Below, one piece after another: positions 27,346 through 35,420 of a stretch of DNA of 64,000 nucleotides (within the stretch, counting starts at the first letter, position 1; each line of letters opens with the position of its first letter). The stretch comes from a virus (lineage: Duplodnaviria > Caudoviricetes). The position numbers were made by a program, and so were the translations under genes. The notes under the pieces are model-generated. The model saw nothing but the letters and a program-made list of their open reading frames with translations. It did not search any database and had not been told where the DNA came from. The stretch spans positions 313 through 64,312 of the IMG/VR virus record IMGVR_UViG_3300030060_005272; one strand, given 5' to 3'.

Positions 27346-27897
27346 ATGAGTAAAATTGACGAATTACGACTTCATGGTCGCAACCGAAAGCTGCCTCCAG
27401 CTATCAAATTGGGGCAACTTACCCCAGAAATTACTGTACACAATTTATTTATATACCATTCTTTAGCGGATGATCCAGAGAATTTGACTGGCGAGAAGAC
27501 TGCACAGCACAGACATGAACATGCTGTAGCAGGAGTTAGTACTGGTGAACGCGTTTATGAATTAGGTGATTTCTACAATCAAATCCATACTGATGAGATT
27601 GTTTTACATTGTCCTTTTGATGTTACTAATACAAGATATGCTATGTTAGATCCAGATAATCATTTAGACTATCATATGGATCCACCCAACACATATAACA
27701 TTATTTGTCCTCTATCAGATCCAATAACAATAAAAACAAAAAAAGAAGAATACAATATAGATATAGGAGAGGTTTGGTTTATCAATCCAAGCTATGCGCA
27801 TGCATCGTTTCATAAATCAAAAGACGTTAGGGTTGCTGTCTTAGCAAACTTCGAGTACACAGAGGAAGTATATGACCACCTTACAAGGCTACTATGA
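27346..27897 (+). CDS. Fe(II)/2OG hydroxylase (aspartyl/asparaginyl beta-hydroxylase-like cupin)
   Basis: L.P...LDYHMD...GEVWFIN....H......R: HxD...H triad plus Arg. Confidence 0.65.
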   Translation: MSKIDELRLHGRNRKLPPAIKLGQLTPEITVHNLFIYHSLADDPENLTGEKTAQHRHEHAVAGVSTGERVYELGDFYNQIHTDEIVLHCPFDVTNTRYAMLDPDNHLDYHMDPPNTYNIICPLSDPITIKTKKEEYNIDIGEVWFINPSYAHASFHKSKDVRVAVLANFEYTEEVYDHLTRLL

Positions 27898-28801
27898 ACT
27901 AGAGCCAGAGGAGAATCACTTTACAGATGTCACTGCAGATGTAACTCACCAATGTAACATGACATGTCAAAATTGTTACATACCAAATAGAGATATTCCT
28001 GACATGGACATCGATCGTCTTATAAATACGATCAGTAGATTCCCAAAAAGAACTATGATCAGAATCATGGGTGCTGAGCCAACCATGAGGAATGATCTAA
28101 CTGATATTATAGTCAGGATCAGAAAGGCAGGGCATAGATGTACCCTGTTGACTAATGGACTGAAATTGGCTAGTATTAGGTATACTCGTAGTCTGCGACA
28201 GTCAAAGCTATCGCACGTCTACTTGTCATTGAACGGTGTTGATAATGATGATTGGTATGAAGCAATTGATGAACTTAGATGTGCTAAACAAAAGATTATG
28301 GCTCTTGAGAATATCAAGGCTTGTAACTTTATTGTTGACACCGGCACTATATTATGTAAAGGAATTAATGATGATGCCCCAAGTAGACTTCGTCATTTGT
28401 TCAAACAAAAGAATATCGACCACGCAATGATACGCTTCAAAAACGTTGGCCAGCATGGTAGGTATTTATTAGAGAGTGTAGACAACTGGAGCATGGATGA
28501 CATGATTCAGATGTGTGCAGATCATTATGGTCTATCTGTAGACTATATCAATTCATGGAAGGAGAAACCAATTTATGGCCAACATATTGAACCGGACACT
28601 TTTATGTTCCCCCTTAACCCGGATTCAATTGGAAGAGCGCTACATCGAAGCGGTATATGGATTAAAATTGCGGATTGGGATAGTCATATGGACTCTAGGC
28701 TTTACCCATTCATGGAGCAAACTCGCAGAGGAAGAATTACGGAGGACTTTAGAGTGGCGCCCCTTCCCGCGCATATCGTTGCTAACGAAGGAGGCTATTA
28801 A
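27872..28801 (+). CDS. Radical SAM enzyme (MoaA-like core, no auxiliary-cluster Cys motif)
   Basis: CNMTCQNC (CX3CX2C), MGAEPT, LTNGLKL and YLSLNG. Confidence 0.85.
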   Translation: MTTLQGYYELEPEENHFTDVTADVTHQCNMTCQNCYIPNRDIPDMDIDRLINTISRFPKRTMIRIMGAEPTMRNDLTDIIVRIRKAGHRCTLLTNGLKLASIRYTRSLRQSKLSHVYLSLNGVDNDDWYEAIDELRCAKQKIMALENIKACNFIVDTGTILCKGINDDAPSRLRHLFKQKNIDHAMIRFKNVGQHGRYLLESVDNWSMDDMIQMCADHYGLSVDYINSWKEKPIYGQHIEPDTFMFPLNPDSIGRALHRSGIWIKIADWDSHMDSRLYPFMEQTRRGRITEDFRVAPLPAHIVANEGGY

Positions 28802-29217
28802 TGAAGAAGTCATTAGTACCAGCGTTCTTCGAGAAACCAAAAGGTGATGAGCTCAACCCTATAAGATTATTGTATAATAATAAGAAGTATAAGTATTATT
28901 ATGTTGCAACTTATAAAGACACATACCAGGCGTACTTAGACCCTCAACAGTTTCATGCGTCTGGTAGACTACCATTTGAATTTGATAAGACTCTAAGAGC
29001 ATTTACAATAGAGAAGTGTTTCAGAGAGTTAAAGAATCATGGTGTCGGTACATGGTTGACTTGGTCAACTATAAGTGACCATCATACAATACATGATTGG
29101 ATAGCATGTAAGGATTGGTTGCCTCTAGCACTTATCAATAGAGATAATAAAGAGAGAGTAACGCAAGTGGATGAATTCTTGAGTATTACAAGAAGGTGGA
29201 TAGATGACACGCATTAA
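28801..29217 (+). CDS. Hypothetical protein
   Basis: 138-aa ORF coupled to its neighbours, GGAGG SD; no recognisable motif. Confidence 0.6.
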   Translation: MKKSLVPAFFEKPKGDELNPIRLLYNNKKYKYYYVATYKDTYQAYLDPQQFHASGRLPFEFDKTLRAFTIEKCFRELKNHGVGTWLTWSTISDHHTIHDWIACKDWLPLALINRDNKERVTQVDEFLSITRRWIDDTH

Positions 29218-30052
29218 TATTTACTGTATCAAAACTGTACACACTGAGACTCCATATCAAATGGAGTTTGATCCTAGTGAGTACTATACAGATGAACACG
29301 TATATCAATTGAAGGCTCAGATAGATGCAAACTTTAGTGAGCCATATAATTTTAACTTACTAACAAATCAAACAACTATAGCAGTACCTGGCATTAATAT
29401 CATTGATGTTAATGAATACAACCTATGGGGTTGGTGGAACAAGATGATGCTGTTTGATGAATCTATATCTGGTGATGGACTCAACATATACTTTGATCTT
29501 GATACAGTCATACAAAGAGACTTTGATCAAATGTGTGACTTTGCTGTTAAAGATAAACTTACTATGTTGTATTGTTATTGGAAACCTATCGATTGGGAAT
29601 CACAAGCATTCAAACAATCAGGGTTTGATCCAGACTTTGAGTTTGCTGCACTAGTTAATTCTTCTATCATGATGTGGCATGGTCACTCAATGAACTTTAT
29701 TACAAAAGAATTCATGCATGATCCAGAAACATATGCATTCAAGTTCAGAGGTAATGATGAATACATTAACCATTACCACAGAGATATAATCAACACACTA
29801 CCAAGAGGTTGGGCATACTCATACTTCTTTGGAGCTGAACAAGGTTCAGAGTTCTTTGCAAAAGATAAACAACCATTCCATCGTAGAGAAGCATATGTGT
29901 TTAGATTGCTCAATGGTATGGGTAAGAAGTATGTTGATCTCAATGCAGAAGATCATAAAGATAATCCATCAATGCATCTTGTACGTCAGCAGAAAGAACA
30001 CATTATTAAGACTGAACGTCAGCATGTGATAAGGAGTATTGAATATTATTAA
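29204..30052 (+). CDS. Glycosyltransferase-like protein (GT-A fold, DxD)
   Basis: GWWNKM.LF, IYFDLDTVI, NSSIMMW, RGNDEYI and YSY motifs of a widespread phage GT family. Confidence 0.75.
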   Translation: MTRINIYCIKTVHTETPYQMEFDPSEYYTDEHVYQLKAQIDANFSEPYNFNLLTNQTTIAVPGINIIDVNEYNLWGWWNKMMLFDESISGDGLNIYFDLDTVIQRDFDQMCDFAVKDKLTMLYCYWKPIDWESQAFKQSGFDPDFEFAALVNSSIMMWHGHSMNFITKEFMHDPETYAFKFRGNDEYINHYHRDIINTLPRGWAYSYFFGAEQGSEFFAKDKQPFHRREAYVFRLLNGMGKKYVDLNAEDHKDNPSMHLVRQQKEHIIKTERQHVIRSIEYY

Positions 30053-30800
30053 CTTGATGACTATGAAGTGGGGTGATAAGTTTGGTCCTGAGTATCCAAA
30101 CTTAATCCACAGAATGGCCAAGAAGCATTTCAATCAAGAGTTCAAATCCTATTGTATGACAGATGATCCAAAAGGATTAGACGAAGACATCAAAGCAGTT
30201 GAATGCACAGAACAATGGCTATGGAGTGATATAGTAAACAACGAACAATGGTACTTCTGGGATGGTATCAAGATGTCATTGTTTGCTCCTAAGTTATGTG
30301 GCATAGAAGGTAAGATACTATTCACTGATCTTGATAACTTATTTCTTGGTCCAATGGATAGAATACTTGAAACACCAACACCAGCAATGATTGCATGTGA
30401 CTGGATGCCACCTTGGCATGTTGGTATGCATGGTGGTAATTATTTTCTAACAATGTTGTTCAATGCCAGTTTGATATACGTAGACAATACTGATCCAGTT
30501 ACAAATGAGATATGGACACACTTTAGTAAGAACTATAAGATGATAAAGCAATCATTGTATAGTGCTGATGCTTACTTGTGGCGTAAGTGGAGACATAAGA
30601 TAAACACTTATCCAAAAGGATCTGTATACTCATTCAATAGAGGTGCTGCATATCCAGACAACTATACTGTGAAAGGTAGCGAGGCTAAATATAAGTATAG
30701 ACCAGATCATGCTGTCTGTGTCTTTATGGAAGATCATGAGCCAGACCCATTAGATATAAAAACTGGATGGGTAGCTAAAGAGTGGAAGCAATACCTATGA
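30039..30800 (+). CDS. Glycosyltransferase-like protein (GT-A fold)
   Basis: MKWGDKFGPEY, C.TDDP.GL, K.SLF, LFTDLD, FNAS and YSFNRGA; TTG start after AAGGAG. Confidence 0.75.
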   Translation: MNIINLMTMKWGDKFGPEYPNLIHRMAKKHFNQEFKSYCMTDDPKGLDEDIKAVECTEQWLWSDIVNNEQWYFWDGIKMSLFAPKLCGIEGKILFTDLDNLFLGPMDRILETPTPAMIACDWMPPWHVGMHGGNYFLTMLFNASLIYVDNTDPVTNEIWTHFSKNYKMIKQSLYSADAYLWRKWRHKINTYPKGSVYSFNRGAAYPDNYTVKGSEAKYKYRPDHAVCVFMEDHEPDPLDIKTGWVAKEWKQYL

Positions 30801-31441
30801 AGTTAGATGTTGTATGTATGAAGGTTGGCACAGGCTACAAACATGAGTTTGTTAACCAATTGTTTCACCAAGTCAAACATCAAGTCAATACCTTTACATG
30901 CTGGACTGATAATCCTAGAGGATTTGATCAGAACATACAAGTCTATGAATACAAATCATTTTGTGTTGATAGATTATGGTGGAACAAAGTAAACTTATTT
31001 GAACCTGGATTGTTTACTAACGATACAATATATCTTGATTTAGATTGTTATGTTCATGGTCAACTAAAAGAGTTTGTTAACAATGGTCAGATACTAAAGA
31101 CAACATGGTTCAGTAATGACATAAACAAATATATCTTTAACTGTGATGTTAACTCATCAATACTATATCTTAAAGATAACAATTTTGAAGAACAATACAA
31201 AGACTTTCAAGACAACAAAGAGAAGGTATATAAGTCATTCTATGGATTGGATGGCTGGATGTATAGAAGACATAGAGATAAGCTAAAGTTTTTTCCAAGT
31301 AAACTTGCATACTCATATAAGTATGGTTCATCGTTTCCAGATGATCTTGATGAGTATAAGAAGAGAGACAATCATGTTGTTGCATGTTTTGATAATGTAG
31401 AAGATAAGGAAGAAACGTTGAAACAATTTTGGGGTGATTGA
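30797..31441 (+). CDS. Glycosyltransferase-like protein (GT-A fold)
   Basis: VVCMKVGTGY, CWTDNP.G, WWNKV.LF, IYLDLD, NSSI and YSYKYG; likely start ATG 30797. Confidence 0.75.
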   Translation: MKLDVVCMKVGTGYKHEFVNQLFHQVKHQVNTFTCWTDNPRGFDQNIQVYEYKSFCVDRLWWNKVNLFEPGLFTNDTIYLDLDCYVHGQLKEFVNNGQILKTTWFSNDINKYIFNCDVNSSILYLKDNNFEEQYKDFQDNKEKVYKSFYGLDGWMYRRHRDKLKFFPSKLAYSYKYGSSFPDDLDEYKKRDNHVVACFDNVEDKEETLKQFWGD

Positions 31442-32076
31442 TGCAACATTATTCATTAGATAGAACATACCAGCTGTTCCATAAAGGGATGGGATATATA
31501 GCTGATAAGCATATATACAAGTTCAAAGATTATAGTGAATGTATATTTGAAACACAAATACAAAGTAAGTGGTGGTTAGTTGAGACACTAGTAGATGAGA
31601 GGTTTCGTGATAGACGAATTAAAGGTATTGATATCTTGGCTAGCTGGTATGGTATTGTCGTTGTTCCTATGCTTGTTAATCGTCTTGGTTATGATGTTCC
31701 TATTAATCTATATGACATTGATGAGTATACTTGCGATATTGCACAGCATATTTACAAAGATGAGTTTCCACAAGTAACAGTCAATCATAAAGATGTTGTA
31801 TTTGATAACTTAGATCTCAAAGGCAATGTTGTTATCAATTGTTCTTGTGAACATATGATGGATATGAAACATATAACAAACCAGTATCCAGATAAGTTAT
31901 ATGTATTACAAAGTAACAACAACAAAAATGTTAAATGGCTACACATCAATTGTGCTGAAGGTGCAGGAGAGTTAGCTACACAAGGACATCTTAGAAAGGT
32001 ATTCTATGGAGAGTCCAGAGAGTTCTTAGGTGCTAAACGTATAATGGTTATTGGAAAGGTCAACAAAGACGAATGA
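31438..32076 (+). CDS. Class I SAM-dependent methyltransferase-like protein
   Basis: Q..SK.WL, ILASWYG (motif I variant), YDIDE, VINCSCEHM, LQSNN, HINC and R.MVIG. Confidence 0.65.
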   Translation: MMQHYSLDRTYQLFHKGMGYIADKHIYKFKDYSECIFETQIQSKWWLVETLVDERFRDRRIKGIDILASWYGIVVVPMLVNRLGYDVPINLYDIDEYTCDIAQHIYKDEFPQVTVNHKDVVFDNLDLKGNVVINCSCEHMMDMKHITNQYPDKLYVLQSNNNKNVKWLHINCAEGAGELATQGHLRKVFYGESREFLGAKRIMVIGKVNKDE

Positions 32077-32159
32077 TATTAAAACTTTAATATAATGGTA
32101 ATATTACACTGAGTCCTAGAAGATATATAAAAGCTGATGAAGGTGTTGAGGAATGAAAG

Positions 32160-32639
32160 ATGAGTAAGACAGATAAACTTATAAAGAAAGTGACAAAAAT
32201 GGACCTAGGTAACCCAGTGATTACAGCTCTTGTTGGACTTGTAGTCTTCTATATTGGATTGAAGATGTTTTCTGGTGGGATGAAATCAATGGGCAACCTT
32301 AATCATCTGAGTTTCTTTATCCACAATCCATATTATATGTTTGTTGGTGGTATAGTAATGACACTATTGTGGCAGTCATCATCGCTATCAACAACAGCTA
32401 TTATTGCATTAGTAGCATCAGGAGCAGTGCCACTACCAGCTGCAGTTGCAGCTGTACTAGGAGCTAATATTGGTACAACAGGTACTATATGGTTAGCTGG
32501 ATTACTTGTATCAGATGGAATGCCTAAAGGTGATACATTACGTATAGCAATGGCACATACAGGAGTGAATCTGCTTATGGCAGTAACACTACTACCATTT
32601 GTACACCACATTGCGAGATTCTTAACAAGGTTTACATAA
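32160..32639 (+). CDS. Na+/phosphate cotransporter family protein, single repeat
   Basis: F..GL..FS.GMK, G...T.L.QSSS.ST, LGANIGTT.T and A.AH...N motifs of the SLC34/NptA family. Confidence 0.85.
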   Translation: MSKTDKLIKKVTKMDLGNPVITALVGLVVFYIGLKMFSGGMKSMGNLNHLSFFIHNPYYMFVGGIVMTLLWQSSSLSTTAIIALVASGAVPLPAAVAAVLGANIGTTGTIWLAGLLVSDGMPKGDTLRIAMAHTGVNLLMAVTLLPFVHHIARFLTRFT

Positions 32640-32640
32640 A

Positions 32641-33030
32641 ATGAAAATGATGATTGATAGCCAAATATATGGCTTTGTTATGTTACTATACAGTCAGCAA
32701 CTGTTCAATCAAATGTTTGTTGCTGAGCAAGATGCAGAATGGAAAAAGATCCAGCCTATTGTAAAAGAGCTTCATGAGTCTATGACTCCAGAGCATCAAT
32801 GGCAAGGTTATGTAAAAGCTATTGCATACAATGGGTTGGACAATATAACTTTCACAGGCCCTAAAGACCTGTGGTTTATAATGTATGCTATGTGTAACTA
32901 TAGAGTACCAGGTATAGATTTAGCTGACTCAGTAACAGCCAAGCACGAGAAGATATTATACTACGTGCTAGTGAACGTATGCAAAAAGTCTCATAAAAAC
33001 TATAATAAATTTGGATCGAGGTTTATTTAG
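32641..33030 (+). CDS. Hypothetical protein
   Basis: 129-aa ORF directly after the transporter; converges with the minus-strand operon. Confidence 0.55.
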   Translation: MKMMIDSQIYGFVMLLYSQQLFNQMFVAEQDAEWKKIQPIVKELHESMTPEHQWQGYVKAIAYNGLDNITFTGPKDLWFIMYAMCNYRVPGIDLADSVTAKHEKILYYVLVNVCKKSHKNYNKFGSRFI

Positions 33031-33796
33031 TAAAGGATGTTTGTACAGCTTCTGGTTCATATGGAGCTAGAGGCCATACTAATTCTTTACCAGCAATCTC
33101 TTCAACTGTATTCTTCCAAATACTTTCTTCAAAGATAACATAACCTAATGTGATTCTTGGCTCCTTAGTATAAGCTGTATGCCAAACAATCCTGTCATGT
33201 TCTTCTTTACGTCCGTAGTAACCAACCTTACATGACCAACCTGGCTTGTCAGGAATAGTAACTACATTCTCTTCATTCTCTCCTATGTTAGGTTTATGTG
33301 ATGTTGAACCAGTAGGATTGATATGTCTCCAGAATCCATTACCAGTAGGATTATATGTAAACAAAATATTGTAGCTTGGTACGTTCCAGTTAGTATGCCA
33401 AGAGATATATCCTTCTGGAGGATAGAACATCTTCAATGCACAGAACCTATATCCAAGATAAGCACCAAGATTGTCATCTAACCATTTGCTCTTCTCTGCT
33501 AATGGCTCACCTATTTCTTTACTGATAGATCCTGACTTAACCCATTGTGGTATTTGATTGAAGTCATATCCATAAGAGTCTGGTGGAAAGCCATCGTGCT
33601 CATCATGTTTCAATGATTGCAAACACTCTATAGAACTTGCATACTCTGATCGGTTCTCGTTATAGAACTTACCGCCTCGAGCTTTGAACTTCTTATCTTT
33701 ACCAAAGTTTTCATGGAGCTCAAGTCCCCATATGAATTCTTGCCACTCATTTAAGTATGTCAAAATTTCCGATTGTATTTGATATATTGGGGTCAT
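33023..33796 (-). CDS. Putative Fe(II)/2OG-oxygenase-like cupin with an HxN motif
   Basis: FYPPEGYISWHTN...WH.A....RITLG resembles the DSBH oxygenase layout. Confidence 0.55.
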   Translation of the reverse strand: MTPIYQIQSEILTYLNEWQEFIWGLELHENFGKDKKFKARGGKFYNENRSEYASSIECLQSLKHDEHDGFPPDSYGYDFNQIPQWVKSGSISKEIGEPLAEKSKWLDDNLGAYLGYRFCALKMFYPPEGYISWHTNWNVPSYNILFTYNPTGNGFWRHINPTGSTSHKPNIGENEENVVTIPDKPGWSCKVGYYGRKEEHDRIVWHTAYTKEPRITLGYVIFEESIWKNTVEEIAGKELVWPLAPYEPEAVQTSFTK

Positions 33797-34634
33797 CTAT
33801 TAATCCTTCATCCTGTGGTCGGGCTGGTACTGTGTAGTGGTGAATAACTTTTGGGTGTTTTTCACTTAACTCAAAATCTCTGTATCCATTTACAAAGTTC
33901 CACTTTGGATGGATCTCTCGAATCTTGACTTCATAATTAGTATAAAAGTTTGTTCGCCAGAAAGCATACGTATCCCAGAACCATAGTGATCTTGGATGTT
34001 CAAATCTTTCGTGCCATGTTTTCTTGTTCTCAATTTGCTCCCTATAATTAGTATACCATGCATGCAACATTTTTAACGTATGCGGCTTATTATTATATAT
34101 AAACATTCCACAATGCCATAACATTCTGTATACTTCATTCTTAGCATTCTCTTCCCAAGAGTGAACTGCATACAATGGTTTACCATCTGGATCCCCATTT
34201 TCCCAGATTAGTTTCTTATCTTCTTCTTCGTAATGAGTAAGCTCTCTATCTTTCTTAAAGTAGACAACCTTAGCATTATATGGTCTATTAGTAGTCATAG
34301 CCATATCATAGTTATCAGGTAGATCATCAAAGATATACTTTATGTCTTCATGCTCACAATATGTGTCAGCATCCATATAGCATGTCTTATCAAATATAGT
34401 CTGATCTAATGCCCATAGCTTAGCTCGACAATGTGCTGGAACTCCAGTAACTATCTTATCAAAGATTCTTGAGTCTCTTGGTTCTTGTACCCAATCTTCA
34501 TGAGTAAACAACATTATCTTAGCTTCTGGCCAGTAGTCCTTTATGGACTGAGCTGACATTACAGCAGCATCATAATATGGTTTAGTCAGAGATCCTACAT
34601 ACAGAAAACCATTATTCGGCTGCTGCTGGGACAT
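33747..34634 (-). CDS. Glycosyltransferase-like protein (GT8-like, DxD)
   Basis: GFLYV, A..SA.S.KDY.P, RAKLWAL..T.FDKT.YMDAD, WNF and I.HY; likely start 34634 (MSQQ). Confidence 0.75.
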   Translation of the reverse strand: MSQQQPNNGFLYVGSLTKPYYDAAVMSAQSIKDYWPEAKIMLFTHEDWVQEPRDSRIFDKIVTGVPAHCRAKLWALDQTIFDKTCYMDADTYCEHEDIKYIFDDLPDNYDMAMTTNRPYNAKVVYFKKDRELTHYEEEDKKLIWENGDPDGKPLYAVHSWEENAKNEVYRMLWHCGMFIYNNKPHTLKMLHAWYTNYREQIENKKTWHERFEHPRSLWFWDTYAFWRTNFYTNYEVKIREIHPKWNFVNGYRDFELSEKHPKVIHHYTVPARPQDEGLIDDPNISNTIGNFDILK

Positions 34635-35409
34635 CTTCTTTTTTAGACTCCAAATGATCAAGAGCAATGAGAGCACCTACAGTGGCAATAACTTCCATAG
34701 TAGATTTTGATTTACGGATGGCTGATTTCAAATCTCTGTTAGTAGACTTGCTAACAACATCCAGTTCAAATGCTTCAACTTTAGCACCGAACAACCCTTC
34801 TTGCTTCATCTTACTTTCACGTTCTTTTTCTTCATCTTCTTCTTTGGAACGCAGTCTATGAATCTTATTGATCTCTCGACTAGTATTCTTATTCAACATT
34901 TCTTCTGTGAAGATTTTTCGTAGATGATGCCATGCAGCTTCATGCATAGGAGCTGAGTCAATAGTATGATTCTCAACTCTATCATCTGGCATTCTTAGAA
35001 AGAATGTAAGTACTGTTCTTGCATCATTACTAAAGAATGCATATATTGGTTCACCATCACCAAAAGGCCATTCAGGTTCCCTAGCTTTTTCTTCTGCCAA
35101 TTTGATCTCCTCCATATCATCTGCCTCGACAGGATCACGCATCCATGATGTTTTCATATTTTTATCTGGAGGTCTGACCAACCCTAGTCGGTCTGAACGA
35201 TCTTTACTGAGACTTTCTTTGTAAACTTCTTCAACCACTTCTTCCTTGTCATGAGGAATGTCATGATCTATTTCTTCTTCAAACTCTGGAATTTTTGAAT
35301 CTATTCTTTTGTTTGCTAGCTCAGCTTCTGAGCTGGCGACCTTACCGGCCGTATCAATCTTAAAGCCATGGGCTCTAGGATCAATATCCATTACTTCTTC
35401 ACTACTCAT
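34612..35409 (-). CDS. Hypothetical acidic/coiled-coil protein co-transcribed with the repeat proteins
   Basis: Likely start 35409 after AAGGAG; C-terminal LF.AK.EAFE...V..S.NR.LKS.IRKSK. Confidence 0.6.
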   Translation of the reverse strand: MSSEEVMDIDPRAHGFKIDTAGKVASSEAELANKRIDSKIPEFEEEIDHDIPHDKEEVVEEVYKESLSKDRSDRLGLVRPPDKNMKTSWMRDPVEADDMEEIKLAEEKAREPEWPFGDGEPIYAFFSNDARTVLTFFLRMPDDRVENHTIDSAPMHEAAWHHLRKIFTEEMLNKNTSREINKIHRLRSKEEDEEKERESKMKQEGLFGAKVEAFELDVVSKSTNRDLKSAIRKSKSTMEVIATVGALIALDHLESKKEDVPAAAE

Positions 35410-35420
35410 AATATAACTCC

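Noticed and set aside
27872-28801. Radical SAM gene as moaA
   Set aside because: It lacks the C-terminal CX2CX13C cluster motif and the terminal GG of MoaA, and no moaC is present.
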